Positions 26,453-41,122 of a DNA stretch of 64,000 bases are shown piece after piece (positions within the stretch are counted from its first letter, which is position 1; every line of letters starts with the position of its first letter). The DNA lies in the NCBI GenBank assembly GCA_963833655.1, contig CAWHYL010000003.1, positions 160,100 through 224,099 of the forward strand. The letters run 5' to 3'. Source of the stretch: an uncultured Actinomycetes bacterium. Lineage in GTDB: Bacteria > Actinomycetota > Thermoleophilia > Gaiellales > Gaiellaceae. Both the position numbers and the translations under genes were made by a program. The notes below the pieces were generated by a model, which was given only the letters and a program-made list of their open reading frames with translations, had not been told where the DNA came from and ran no database searches.

Positions 26453-27304
26453 CTACTGCACCTTCTTGAACACGCGCTCGGTCGCGTCGAGCTCTTCGTA
26501 GCACTGCTCGAAGGGGCTGAAGTGGATCGACTCCTTGGCACCGAGGACGAGCACGCCGAACATCATCAGGCTCTCGTAGAAGAGGCGGTGGACGCGGTCC
26601 TGCAGGGCGCGGTCGAAGTAGATCATCACGTTGCGGCAGATGATCACGTTGAACTCGTTGAACGACCCGTCCGAGACGAGGTTGTGCTGCGCGAAGACGA
26701 CGTTCTCGACGAGCGAGCGCTGGAATTGCGCGCCGTCGTACTTGGCCAGGTAGTACTCCGAGAACGCGCGCGTGCCGCCGGCCTTGATGTAGTTCTGCGT
26801 GTACTCGCGCATCTTCTCGAGCGGGAAGACACCGCCTCGCGCGCGCTCGAGCACAGACTCGTTGATGTCGGTCGCATAGATGCGCGCCCGCTCGTACACG
26901 CCTTCCTCCTCGAGCAGGATCGCCAGCGAGTAGACCTCCTCGCCGGTCGAGCAACCGGCGATCCAGATCCGCGTGAAGGGGTAGGTCCGCAGCAGCGGCA
27001 CGACCTGCTTCCGGAAGGTGGCGTAGAAGCTCGGGTCGCGGAACATCGCCGTGACGTTGATCGACAGGTCGAGCAGGAGCCGCTCCATGCACGCGGGGTC
27101 GTGGAGGAGCTTGTCCTGGAGCGCCGAGATGGTGGAGAGGCCTTCGGCCTGGACGCGGCGCCAGACGCGCCGGCGGAGCGACGCCGGCGCGTACTCGCGG
27201 AAGTCGAAGCCGTAGCGCCGGTAGACGCCTTCGAGCAGGAGCGCGAGCTCGATCTCGTCGACTCCGTCGCGCTCGGCCGTGTCCTGCTCGACCTCGAAAG
27301 CCAT
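26453..27304 (-). CDS. cheR: Protein-glutamate O-methyltransferase CheR
   Basis: ORF 26453..27304 shows the CheR N-terminal helices, TAMFRDP, RIWIAGCSTGEE.YSLAI, ATDI and ICRNVMIYF. Confidence 0.9.
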   Translation of the reverse strand: MAFEVEQDTAERDGVDEIELALLLEGVYRRYGFDFREYAPASLRRRVWRRVQAEGLSTISALQDKLLHDPACMERLLLDLSINVTAMFRDPSFYATFRKQVVPLLRTYPFTRIWIAGCSTGEEVYSLAILLEEEGVYERARIYATDINESVLERARGGVFPLEKMREYTQNYIKAGGTRAFSEYYLAKYDGAQFQRSLVENVVFAQHNLVSDGSFNEFNVIICRNVMIYFDRALQDRVHRLFYESLMMFGVLVLGAKESIHFSPFEQCYEELDATERVFKKVQ

Positions 27305-27309
27305 GTGAG

Positions 27310-32382
<5,073 letters not shown>

Positions 32383-32398
32383 TCCTTTGTGCGAGGTA

Positions 32399-32414
32399 GG
32401 TCCACCGGTGGACC
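32399..32414. promoter_or_regulatory. Perfect 16-bp palindrome just upstream of the signalling operon start
   Basis: GGTCCACCGGTGGACC lies 17 nt upstream of the GTG at 32382, or 23 nt upstream of the better-spaced TTG at 32376. Confidence 0.3.
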
Positions 32415-32468
32415 GTTGGGCGACGTCTTCCCGGCTAGGAGGGGCCTTCGCCCCCGGACGCGCGAATC

Positions 32469-33437
32469 TTACTTGTGTGCAGGGAAATCGAGGGCCTGAT
32501 TCAGGTCCGCCCAGAGCTCCTCGGGTGACTCGAGACCGACGCTGAGCCGGAGCAGTCCGGCCGGCACGCGCTTTGGCTCCCAGCGGGCGCGGGACTCCAG
32601 GACCGAGTGCACCCCGCCGAGGCTCGTCGCATTGGCGATCACGTGCAGCGACGTCTCGACGTGCCGCGCCGCGTCGGCGTCGGCGACGTCGAACGACAGC
32701 AGCCCACCGATCCCCGCATAGCGGACGGTCTGCACCGCCCGGTGCTCACGCAGCCGCCGCGCCAGCTCCGTCGCCGTCTCCGTCTGGCGGCGGACGCGCA
32801 CCTCGAGCGTCTTCAGCCCTCGAAGGAGCAGGTACGCCGGATCCGGCGCTGCGGCGATGCCCGTGCGCGTGCGGAGCTGGTGCAGCCGCTCCGCGTCCTC
32901 GTCGCGCTTGCAGACGACGGCGCCGAGCAGGGCGTCGTCGTGGCCGGCCAGGTACTTGGTCGCGCTGTGCAGAACGAAGTCGGCGCCGTGCTCGAGCGGC
33001 CGCAGGTAGACGGGCGTCGCGGCCGTCGCGTCCACGAGCACCCGCGCCGGGTGGGCGGCTGCCGCTTCCAGATCGGGCATCGTCAAGAACGGGTTCGAGG
33101 GCGCCTCGAGCCACACGAAGTCGGCGCCCTCGGGCGGGGGCCCGGTCTGGTCGAACTCGACGTAGCGAAGGCCCCAGCGCTCGAGCTCCCCGAAGAGGAC
33201 GCTCGTCCCGAAGTACGCGCCCTCGGCGAGGGCGATCGTGGCTCCGGGCGAGAGGAAGGCGAGGACGACGGCCGTCGCCGCGCCGGTGCCCGACGAGAAG
33301 AGCAGCGCGCTTCCGCCGTCGAGCCGGCCGAGCTCGCGCTCCGCCTCGGCGCCGGTGGGATGGCCGTCCCGCTGGTAGTAGAAGGGGCCCGGCGTCCCCT
33401 CGCGATACGGCCAGATCGTGGCGCGGTCGACGCTCAC
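32469..33437 (-). CDS. Cys/Met-metabolism PLP-dependent enzyme (cystathionine gamma-synthase/beta-lyase family), short form
   Basis: ORF 32469..33437 shows SSGTGA, DATAATP, the PLP-lysine motif [10 protein letters not shown] and LGGV.S. Confidence 0.85.
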   Translation of the reverse strand: MSVDRATIWPYREGTPGPFYYQRDGHPTGAEAERELGRLDGGSALLFSSGTGAATAVVLAFLSPGATIALAEGAYFGTSVLFGELERWGLRYVEFDQTGPPPEGADFVWLEAPSNPFLTMPDLEAAAAHPARVLVDATAATPVYLRPLEHGADFVLHSATKYLAGHDDALLGAVVCKRDEDAERLHQLRTRTGIAAAPDPAYLLLRGLKTLEVRVRRQTETATELARRLREHRAVQTVRYAGIGGLLSFDVADADAARHVETSLHVIANATSLGGVHSVLESRARWEPKRVPAGLLRLSVGLESPEELWADLNQALDFPAHK

Positions 33438-33494
33438 GGAGCGACTTTACTGGCGCTTTACCGCCGCTTGGGAGCCCGGGTGGATGCTGGAGCC

Positions 33495-34832
33495 ATGATC
33501 ACTCTCAAGCTCGCACTCGCACTCGTCGCCGCCGCCGGCTGGCACCCGCTTCCGGCCGCTCCGATCACTCCCGACTGGAACGCCCGCACGAGCGTCTGGA
33601 CCGGCAGGCAGATGATCGTCTTCGGTCGCGACCAGCAGACGGCGCTCGACTCGCGGGGTCAGTCGTACGCGACCGGCGCCGTCAACGTCGCAGCTTCGTA
33701 CGATCCGGTCTCCCACGCGTGGCGGAAGCTCTCGCCGCCGGCGAAGACCTCCGGTTTCACGGCGCTGAGCTCCGTCTGGACCGGCAGGGAGATGCTCGTC
33801 TGGGGTCAGGGCACGCGCCTCGCGTACAACCCGGCGGCCGACACGTGGCGGCAGCTGCCGCCCTCGCGCCTGCTCCGCGTGCACGACGGCTTCGGCGCCG
33901 TGGTGTGGACCGGCAAGGAGCTGCTCGGCTGGGGCGGCGGTTGCTGCGGCGACGCCTTCTCCGACGGCGTCGCCTACAGCCCGGCGACGAACAGCTGGCA
34001 TGCACTCCCGCGGGCGCCGCTGCGCGGGAGCCAGCACCCGCTCGGAGTCTGGTCGGGGAAGGAGTACATCGTCGTCGCCGGCTCGCGCGCGGCCGCGTAC
34101 GACCCCGGCCGCGGGACGTGGCGCCGCCTTCCTGCACCTCCCGCGCACTCCGTGAACGCGACGGCAGCCTGGGCGGGGAGCGCGATGGTCGTTGCGGGCG
34201 GAACGCGTGCGGCGATCGCGTACAGCCCGGCTCGGAACCGCTGGCGTGTGCTGCCGTCGCTGCCGGCGGGGCGAGCTCCGAAGGTGCTCGTGTTCGACGG
34301 CGCGCGAGTGCTCGGCTGGGGCGGGACGCGCGGCGGCGCCACCCTCGTCCTCGGGGCGAAGCGGTGGACACCGTTTGCGTACGGGCCGCTCCCGGCGCGG
34401 CTCGAGCCGGCCGCGGTGTGGACGGGCGCCTCGATGATCGTCTGGGGCGGCGCGGCGACGAAGACCTGGGGCCACTACGACGAGGCCGGGGCCGTCTACA
34501 CGCCGCCCTCCCTCGCGCTCGGCTGCGGCGACGACTGGATGGGGGAGAACATGCGCGTCACGCCCCAGGTGAAGGAGGCGTTGCGCGTCGCCGTCCACGC
34601 GAACCGCGCGCCGCTCGGCGGCCACACGTACTACGGCATGTACTCAGGGACGTCCTACGCGCTCGCGACGTTCGCACGCTGGCCGGTGGTCTTCCGCGCC
34701 GATGCGCGCGGACGGTGGCACGTGCGTGCGACCACCGCCGGGCGGATCTGTGGCACCGTCGTCCCGACAGAGCTGCTGAAGGTGTGGTCGTTGCGTAGCG
34801 CCGGCGGCGGCTGCTACGTGGAACCGCGCTAG
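33495..34832 (+). CDS. Secreted Kelch/beta-propeller-like repeat protein
   Basis: In-frame ATG 33495 and signal-like MITLKLALALVAAAG. Repeated W(T/S)G.E(M/L).(V/G)WGG...YDP...W..LP blades. Confidence 0.75.
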   Translation: MITLKLALALVAAAGWHPLPAAPITPDWNARTSVWTGRQMIVFGRDQQTALDSRGQSYATGAVNVAASYDPVSHAWRKLSPPAKTSGFTALSSVWTGREMLVWGQGTRLAYNPAADTWRQLPPSRLLRVHDGFGAVVWTGKELLGWGGGCCGDAFSDGVAYSPATNSWHALPRAPLRGSQHPLGVWSGKEYIVVAGSRAAAYDPGRGTWRRLPAPPAHSVNATAAWAGSAMVVAGGTRAAIAYSPARNRWRVLPSLPAGRAPKVLVFDGARVLGWGGTRGGATLVLGAKRWTPFAYGPLPARLEPAAVWTGASMIVWGGAATKTWGHYDEAGAVYTPPSLALGCGDDWMGENMRVTPQVKEALRVAVHANRAPLGGHTYYGMYSGTSYALATFARWPVVFRADARGRWHVRATTAGRICGTVVPTELLKVWSLRSAGGGCYVEPR

Positions 34833-36121
34833 AACTCGCGGGCGTGCCACGTGCGGCGGCCGAAGCTCGCGGCGAGCGGGTTGAAGGCCGTGAGAAAGCG
34901 GAGCTTCAGCGCCGTTGCCCGCGCATCCGCCCGTCGCGCTGCGGCGGGCGGCTTCCTGCCGCGAACGCACGACGTCTTCGCCCGGAGCCAGTCCCGGTAG
35001 ATCCAGTCTGCGGCGATCGACGCGTGGCTCGCCTTCTGGAAACGATCGGAGACGAGCAGTGCCCGCTCGCCGTCGGGGACGTGCAGCGCGGCGAGCTGCT
35101 CGAGCAGGCTTTGCCGGTTCTCCTGGACGCTGTCGAGCTGCGCCGCCGCGACCTGCGGCGACAGGCTGCAGTCGAAGGCGCCGGCAAGCACCTGCGTGAC
35201 CTCTGCCCGTCCCTCGTGCGACTGTTGCAGGAAGTTCTCGAGCGTGTACACGAAGGAGCGGAGCTGCGGATCGGCGGCCGTCGTGCCTGCGGAGGTGCTG
35301 TCGCCGTTCCGCGCGAGCAGCGCCGCGGTGACGCCTGCGGCGGCGAGCACGACCAGTGCCAACGCGGCGAGCAGCCACCTGCGGCGGCGCCGAGGCGCGG
35401 TCGTCTGCTCGTGTGCGACGGCCTGCAGCCGCAGGTCCGTGTCCTGGCGCAGCATCGCCTGCTCCAGGTCGCGGAGCTCCGGCCCCGGCTCGATCCCGAG
35501 CTCCTCGACGAACAGCTCGCGCGTGCGCCGGAAGAGCTCGAGCGCTTCGGCCTGTCGTCCCGAGCGGTACAGCGCAAGCATCAGCAGCGCGCGCGGGTGC
35601 TCGCGGAGCGGCTCCCGCACGACGAGCTCCTCGAGCTGCGGGATGACACCGTCGCCCGACTCGACCGATGCATGCAGCCAGTCCTCGTACGCGGCCTCGC
35701 GTAGCTCGTCGAGGTGGGCCGCGACGGGCTCGGGCGGGCCGCGCCACAGCGCAAGCGCCTGCCGGAGCGTGTCGCGCGCCTCGCGCGGCGGCAGCGAACC
35801 CGCTTCGGCCGTCAGCTGCTCGAACCGTTCGAGGTCGAGCTCGCCCTCCTCGACGCGGAGCAGGTAGCCGGGCGGTTGTGTGACGAGCCGCTCCGGGCCG
35901 AGCGCTTTGCGCAGCTGCGAGACGTAGACCTGCAGCGTCTTCGTCGCCTGTCCGGGCGGCGCCTCACCCCACAGCTCGTCGATCAGCCGCTCGTTCGAGA
36001 CGACGTGGTTGCGCTCGAGCAGGAGGAGCGCGAGGAGCGCCCGCGGCTTCGCCGCCGCGAGCTGCACGGGCTTCCCGTCGACCACCGCCTCGAGCGGGCC
36101 CAGGAGCCGGAACTCGTCCAC
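34829..36121 (-). CDS. SARP/AfsR-type regulator (OmpR-like winged helix plus BTAD) with a TM segment and an extracytoplasmic C-terminal domain
   Basis: In-frame GTG 36121. Shows FRLLGPLE...G.PV.L...K.RALLALLLL..N..VS...LID.LWG, a BTAD (ALALWRG.P...REHPRALLMLALYRSGRQAEAL) and the TM segment WLLAALALVVLAAAGVTAALL. Confidence 0.8.
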   Translation of the reverse strand: MDEFRLLGPLEAVVDGKPVQLAAAKPRALLALLLLERNHVVSNERLIDELWGEAPPGQATKTLQVYVSQLRKALGPERLVTQPPGYLLRVEEGELDLERFEQLTAEAGSLPPREARDTLRQALALWRGPPEPVAAHLDELREAAYEDWLHASVESGDGVIPQLEELVVREPLREHPRALLMLALYRSGRQAEALELFRRTRELFVEELGIEPGPELRDLEQAMLRQDTDLRLQAVAHEQTTAPRRRRRWLLAALALVVLAAAGVTAALLARNGDSTSAGTTAADPQLRSFVYTLENFLQQSHEGRAEVTQVLAGAFDCSLSPQVAAAQLDSVQENRQSLLEQLAALHVPDGERALLVSDRFQKASHASIAADWIYRDWLRAKTSCVRGRKPPAAARRADARATALKLRFLTAFNPLAASFGRRTWHAREF

Positions 36122-36145
36122 GCACAGCCATACTAGGCTCCGCCC

Positions 36146-37720
36146 ATGGCGACAACGGACGACCGCGCCGACTCGACGCAGGCGAAGCTCGACCAGCTCC
36201 AGCAGCTGCGCGACGAGGCGGAGCACAGCGCGAGCGACAAGGCGGTCGAGCGCCAGCGGCAGCAGGGCAAGCTGCTCGCGCGCGAGCGGCTGGTCGAGCT
36301 CCTCGATCCGGGCTCCTTCGTCGAGCTCGACCGCTACGTCCGTCACCGGGAGTCGAACTTCGGGATGCTCGAGCGCCGGCCGTACGGCGACGCTGTCGTC
36401 ACGGGCTACGGAACGATCTTCGGCCGCAAGGTCTTCGTGTTCTCGCAGGACTTCGCCGTCTTCGGCGGGTCGTTGAGCGAGGTGTTCGCCGAGAAGATCT
36501 GCAAGGTGATGGACCTCGCGCTGAAGTACGGGTGCCCGCTGATCGGCATCAACGACTCCGGCGGCGCGCGGATCCAGGAAGGCGTCGTCTCGCTTGCCGG
36601 ATACGCGGAGATCTTCTGGCGCAACGTGCAGTGCTCGGGCGTGATCCCGCAGATCTCGCTCGTGATGGGGCCGTGCGCGGGCGGCGCCGTCTACTCGCCC
36701 GCGATCACGGACTTCATCTTCATGGTCGAGGGCTCGTCGTACATGTTCATCACCGGCCCCGACGTCGTGAAGACGGTGACAGGGGAGGAGGTGACGTTCG
36801 AGGAGCTCGGCGGCGCGGCGACTCACGCGTCGAAGTCCGGCGTCGCGCAGTTCATCTCACCTGACGAGCAGTCGTGTCTCGAGGACGCGCGCTACCTCCT
36901 GTCGTTCCTGCCGCAGAACAACGTCGATCCGCCGCCGTACGCGGAGCCGTCCGATCCGCGCCACCGGGAAGAAGCCGATCTCGACACGCTCATCCCCGAC
37001 AACCCGAACAAGCCGTACGACATGCACGAGGTCGTCCGCCGGGTCGTGGACGACGGTGAGTTCTTCGAGGTGCACGAGCTGTGGGCCGAGAACGTCGTCT
37101 GCGGCTTCGCGCGCCTCGGCGGCCGTCCGGTGGGTGTGGTCGGGAATCAGCCGCGCTCGCTCGCGGGCGTGCTGGACATCGACTCGTCGGAGAAGGCGGC
37201 GCGGTTCGTGCGCTTCTGCGACGCGTTCAACATTCCGCTGGTGACGTTCGTCGACGTCCCCGGCTTCCTGCCGGGGACGCAGCAGGAGTGGGGCGGGATC
37301 ATCCGCCACGGCGCGAAGCTCCTGTACGCCTACGCAGAGGCGACGGTGCCGAAGCTGACGGTGATCACGCGGAAGGCGTACGGCGGCGCGTACGACGTCA
37401 TGAGCTCGAAGCACATCCGCGCGGACTTCAACTTCGCGTGGCCGACCGCCGAGGTCGCGGTGATGGGGCCCGATGGCGCGGTGAACATCATCTTCCGGAA
37501 GGAGCTGGAAGAGGCCGACGACCCCGACAAGCGCCGCGAGGAGCTCATCGACGACTACCGCGAGCGCTTCGCGAATCCGTATGCCGCCGCCGAGCGCGGC
37601 TACGTCGACGAGGTGATCGAGCCCCGCCGCACGCGCCCGGTCCTCATCGACGCGCTCGAGACGGCGCTGACGAAGCGCGAGCTGCGCCCCCGCCGCAAGC
37701 ACGGCAACATCCCGCTGTAG
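36146..37720 (+). CDS. pccB: Acyl-CoA carboxylase carboxyltransferase beta subunit (propionyl-CoA carboxylase beta / AccD5-like)
   Basis: ORF 36146..37720, 524 aa. Shows [54 protein letters not shown]. Confidence 0.92.
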   Translation: MATTDDRADSTQAKLDQLQQLRDEAEHSASDKAVERQRQQGKLLARERLVELLDPGSFVELDRYVRHRESNFGMLERRPYGDAVVTGYGTIFGRKVFVFSQDFAVFGGSLSEVFAEKICKVMDLALKYGCPLIGINDSGGARIQEGVVSLAGYAEIFWRNVQCSGVIPQISLVMGPCAGGAVYSPAITDFIFMVEGSSYMFITGPDVVKTVTGEEVTFEELGGAATHASKSGVAQFISPDEQSCLEDARYLLSFLPQNNVDPPPYAEPSDPRHREEADLDTLIPDNPNKPYDMHEVVRRVVDDGEFFEVHELWAENVVCGFARLGGRPVGVVGNQPRSLAGVLDIDSSEKAARFVRFCDAFNIPLVTFVDVPGFLPGTQQEWGGIIRHGAKLLYAYAEATVPKLTVITRKAYGGAYDVMSSKHIRADFNFAWPTAEVAVMGPDGAVNIIFRKELEEADDPDKRREELIDDYRERFANPYAAAERGYVDEVIEPRRTRPVLIDALETALTKRELRPRRKHGNIPL

Positions 37721-37727
37721 AAAGACA

Positions 37728-37755
37728 GGGTCTGACCCCTGCGGGGTCAGACCCC
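37728..37755. repeat. Pair of GGGGTCWGACCCC palindromic units (REP-like)
   Basis: GGGTCTGACCCC-TGC-GGGGTCAGACCCC starts 8 nt after the pccB stop. Related pairs lie at 43063, 55764 and 58222. Confidence 0.8.
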
Positions 37756-37784
37756 GCAGGTCGGCGCCGGAAGCCCGACACGAC

Positions 37785-37932
37785 AAAGGCCTTCGGCCAA
37801 GCGACGCTTAGCCGAAGGCGAACTGATGCGACGCGAGCACGCGCAGCCTGCTCGCGCCGCACGGAAGCGGTCAACCGCCCAGCACCGCTAGAGCGCGCGG
37901 GCTCTGCCCGCGCGCGTTTCACCGCGCAGCGG
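37785..37932 (-). repeat. Structured intergenic repeat, copy C (reverse orientation); its 5' end overlaps the stop of the GGDEF/HD-GYP gene
   Basis: The reverse complement aligns with copies A, B and D. Stem 2 carries a compensatory C-G to A-T change and stem 3 has a different sequence but still pairs. Confidence 0.8.
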
Positions 37933-39754
37933 CGACCAGTTCTCGTCGCGGAACCGCAGGTTTCGCGACGACATCGATGACGCCAAGCTCCTCCGTGAAC
38001 GCCGCGACGATCGTGGGGTCGAACTGGGTGCCCGCGCAACGGTGCACCTCAGCCAAGGCCGCCTGCGGAGAGCGCTTCGCGCGGTAGCTGCGATCCGACG
38101 TCATCGCGTCATACGCGTCCGTGACGAAGATGATCCGTGCGCCGATGGGGATCTGCTCGCCGGCGAGGCCGTCGGGATAGCCGAGGCCGTCCCAGCGCTC
38201 GTGATGGCGGAGCACGAGCTCGGCCACAGGGTCGACGCCGAGGCTGTCCAACATCCTGAACCCGATCTGCGGATGACGCTGGAGCACGAGCCGCTCCGAG
38301 TCCGTCAGCGCACCCGGCTTGCGGAGAAGCTCCTCCGGGATCGCGAGCTTGCCGAGGTCGTGCAGCTGCCCGGCGAGCCGGATCAGCTCGACCTGCTCGG
38401 GATCGAGGCCGACACGCTTCGCGACACGCGCCGCGAGGTCGCCGACGCGGTCCGAATGATCCCCCGTGTATGTGTCGCGGGCATCGACGGCCTGCGCCAG
38501 CGACGCCGCGGCGCGATAGCGCGCGGCCTTGTCCGGGCCGGCAGCGAGACGCTTGAGCTCCGCAAGTTCGACGACCGCGGGCCGATACAGCCGCACGCGG
38601 TTCTTCCCGTGCTCCTTCGCCCAGTAAAGCGCGCTGTCCGCGAGGCGGATCAGCTCGTCACGGCCGTGTCCCTGCACGGGGAACGTGGCGAGCCCCGCGC
38701 TGACCGTGGCGTGGCCCACGTGCTCGAGGTCCAGCGACGCGATCCGCTCGACTACCGAATTCGCAGCGGTGAGCGCGGTCGCCTCGTCGTGGTCGGCCAG
38801 CAGCAGCGCGAACTCGTCGCCGCCCAGCCGGAACGCCTCGCCGCCCTGGCGCAGCCGTCCCGCCACCTGCGAGAGCACGCGGTCGCCGGAGGGGTGGCCG
38901 AAGCGGTCGTTGATCCTCTTGAAGTCGTCGATGTCGACGAAGCACAACGTCAGCGGCACGCGCTCCTCCTCGGCGCGCAGCAGCTCGCGCTGCAGGCGCT
39001 CGTGGAAGTGGCGGTGGTTGCCGAGGCCGGTGAGCGGATCCGTCAGCGCGAGCCGCATCGCGCGCAGCTCGCGATGTGTCGACCGCTGGTAGAAGGAGAT
39101 CGCGAGCAGCGGGCCGATCAGGGCGAGCGCGAGCACAGGCGAGCGCTGCCAGAGCACGACGAGCATCAGCGCCGCCGACGCCATGAACGCGAACGGCGTG
39201 ATCGTCGCGCGCAGGTTCGCGGGGACGAGCCGCTTGTAGCGCTGGCCCGTGCTCAGCGCGATCGCACCCGAGATGAAGAGGATGTTCACGACCGAGTTCG
39301 CGGTCGCGGCGATCAACACGGCGCCGATCAACCCGCCGACGGTGTCCTTGTCGATCGGCAGGATCAGCAGCCCTGCCGTGAGCGCGACGATGGCCATCAC
39401 CGCGACGTTGAACGCGATGCGCTCGAACGGGCGGTGCTGTGCCCCGTGGATGACACCGGTCGCCACGAGCAGGAGCAACGCGCCTGCGGCCCAGCCGTAC
39501 AGCACGATCGCGGCGACGGCGAAGACGAACGTCAACGAGACGACGCCGCCGCTCCCCTCCGCGTTGATCGGGACCGGGAACCGCTCGGCGAGCGTGGCCG
39601 CTGCCGTCAGCGCGACGAGCGAGACGAGCGTGCGCCAGCTGTGCGCCGTGGTGGCGAACTCGTACGCGGCTGCAATCAGGATCGCGAGCCCGGCCGCGCA
39701 GACCGGTGCGATCAGGAGAGAGAGCCGGCGGGGCGTGACCGCCTGTGCGCTCAC
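37919..39754 (-). CDS. Membrane sensor with GGDEF diguanylate cyclase and HD-GYP phosphodiesterase domains
   Basis: ORF 37919..39754 has about 7 TM segments, then DPLTGLGNHR, RLGGDEFALLL, HDLGKLAIP and HHERWDGLGYP. Confidence 0.88.
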   Translation of the reverse strand: MSAQAVTPRRLSLLIAPVCAAGLAILIAAAYEFATTAHSWRTLVSLVALTAAATLAERFPVPINAEGSGGVVSLTFVFAVAAIVLYGWAAGALLLLVATGVIHGAQHRPFERIAFNVAVMAIVALTAGLLILPIDKDTVGGLIGAVLIAATANSVVNILFISGAIALSTGQRYKRLVPANLRATITPFAFMASAALMLVVLWQRSPVLALALIGPLLAISFYQRSTHRELRAMRLALTDPLTGLGNHRHFHERLQRELLRAEEERVPLTLCFVDIDDFKRINDRFGHPSGDRVLSQVAGRLRQGGEAFRLGGDEFALLLADHDEATALTAANSVVERIASLDLEHVGHATVSAGLATFPVQGHGRDELIRLADSALYWAKEHGKNRVRLYRPAVVELAELKRLAAGPDKAARYRAAASLAQAVDARDTYTGDHSDRVGDLAARVAKRVGLDPEQVELIRLAGQLHDLGKLAIPEELLRKPGALTDSERLVLQRHPQIGFRMLDSLGVDPVAELVLRHHERWDGLGYPDGLAGEQIPIGARIIFVTDAYDAMTSDRSYRAKRSPQAALAEVHRCAGTQFDPTIVAAFTEELGVIDVVAKPAVPRRELVAAAR

Positions 39755-39764
39755 GGTGTGGCTG

Positions 39765-39875
39765 CTACCAGGTGAACTGGTCGGCGAACGCTTCCCACGT
39801 GAACTGCCCCAGGAAAGCGGCGATCAGCACCAGGACAACCACGACGGTGATCAGCTTTGTCTTCCACTGCAACAT
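39765..39875 (-). CDS. Candidate 36-aa single-TM small protein immediately upstream of the GGDEF/HD-GYP gene
   Basis: ATG 39875 follows the SD GGAGGGG with an 8-nt spacer. By hand count 32 of 36 codons end in G or C, like real genes here. Sequence: MLQWKTKLITVVVVLVLIAAFLGQFTWEAFADQFTW. Stop lies 10 nt before GTG 39754. Confidence 0.5.
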   Translation of the reverse strand: MLQWKTKLITVVVVLVLIAAFLGQFTWEAFADQFTW

Positions 39876-39939
39876 CTGAGAGTCCCCTCCGGTTGACGGC
39901 CAGACGCGCGGGATTTTCGTAGGTCGCGCGCGGTGCAGG

Positions 39940-39959
39940 AATCCCCCGGCCGGGGGATT
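39940..39959 (-). terminator. Perfect 20-nt palindrome downstream of the NlpC/P60 gene (hairpin, no U-tract)
   Basis: AATCCCCCGGCCGGGGGATT lies 15 nt after the stop at 39974. Confidence 0.4.
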
Positions 39960-39973
39960 ATGCGGAATACGGC

Positions 39974-41002
39974 TTAGGAGCCCGAAACGAGGGATGCCTC
40001 GGCCAGCGGCCGCCGCGCCCACGCGAACCGCTGCGCGTACCACCCGGTCAACGGCGCGACGGCGACGCCGTAGGCCGACGAGTGGATGAACCAGCCGTTG
40101 CCGAGGTAGATGCCCATGTGGTCGACCTGCGCCGGCTTCGACTCCGGGCCGGCGGCGCCGAAGAAGATCACGTCGGCGGGCTGGAGCTTCGCGAACGGGA
40201 TCCGCTTCGTGGCGGGCACCTCGCCGCTCATCGTGTACGTCGTCCGTCCTCTCAGCACTCCGGCGAGGTTCCCTTCGTTCGGATACGCCTGGAGCTTGTA
40301 GACCCGCCACACGAACCCGGAGCAGTCGAAGCCGCCGTGCACCTGAGGCCCGTACGGCGATGTCGTCGTCTCGCTCTCGCCGCCCCAGACGTACGGAAAG
40401 CCGATGAACCGGACGGCCGTGTTCAGGATCTGCTTCTGCCACGGCGTGTACGTGGAAAGGACGAACGTCTGTGCAGCCGCTTCCGCGGACGCGACGTCCC
40501 ACTCATCGAACTTGAGGATGCGCGCCGCCGAGTACGCAGCCTCGGCGTGCGTTGCCGGCTCGCCCGGCGAGAGCTCGATGCTGTCGAGCGCGGCCGGATG
40601 ATTCGTGCGCAGGCCGAGCAGTCGCGCAACGGCCTCGTTCCCGAACCGCGACGGCACGGTCAGGCCCGCAGACTTGGCGTTCTGCGTGAACAGCTGCGCG
40701 GTCTCGGCGAGCCCGAGTGTGGTCACGAGCTTCGCGTCGAGGCCCGCCATCGTGACGGTCGCCGTCGGTGCAGCCGGCGTGGTCGGCACGGAGTGCAGCA
40801 GGCCGGCGCTGATCGTCTCGAGTTCGGTGCGCGTGAGCGGAGCCTGTGGGTGCGCCGCCGTTTCCTTGGCCATGAGGCCGGCAGCAACCACTGCCCTCAG
40901 CTCGGCCTGTGCCCACGAGATCGTCGGTTTGGCGGCGGCGTCCGACGACCAAGCGAGGAGCGTGACGAGCATGCAGACATGCGGAAGGAAACGGCGGCGC
41001 AT
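39974..41002 (-). CDS. Secreted NlpC/P60 (C40) cell-wall peptidase
   Basis: ORF 39974..41002 has a signal peptide. The C-terminal domain shows PYVWGG, GFDCSGFVWRVY and VDHMGIYLGNGWFIHSS (Cys/His catalytic context). Confidence 0.85.
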   Translation of the reverse strand: MRRRFLPHVCMLVTLLAWSSDAAAKPTISWAQAELRAVVAAGLMAKETAAHPQAPLTRTELETISAGLLHSVPTTPAAPTATVTMAGLDAKLVTTLGLAETAQLFTQNAKSAGLTVPSRFGNEAVARLLGLRTNHPAALDSIELSPGEPATHAEAAYSAARILKFDEWDVASAEAAAQTFVLSTYTPWQKQILNTAVRFIGFPYVWGGESETTTSPYGPQVHGGFDCSGFVWRVYKLQAYPNEGNLAGVLRGRTTYTMSGEVPATKRIPFAKLQPADVIFFGAAGPESKPAQVDHMGIYLGNGWFIHSSAYGVAVAPLTGWYAQRFAWARRPLAEASLVSGS

Positions 41003-41122
41003 ACCCCTCCCTATCGGCGGTCGCGCAGAGGGCTTTAATGCGTGCGGATGGCGGTCGAAATCACGCCGGAGCCCAGTGACGAGGAGCGCAAGGCGATCCT
41101 CGCGGCGCTCGCCGCGGAAGAC

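Noticed and set aside
41003-41122. Possible cyclic-di-AMP (ydaO-type) riboswitch in the 120-nt leader of the NlpC/P60 gene, a common location in Actinobacteria.
   Set aside because: I read the minus-strand leader and found none of the conserved ydaO blocks as I recall them (GGGGACCC-like, CCGAA.GGGGU, ACCUCGUA). Only a normal SD (GGGAGGGG) is present. A covariance-model scan would settle it.
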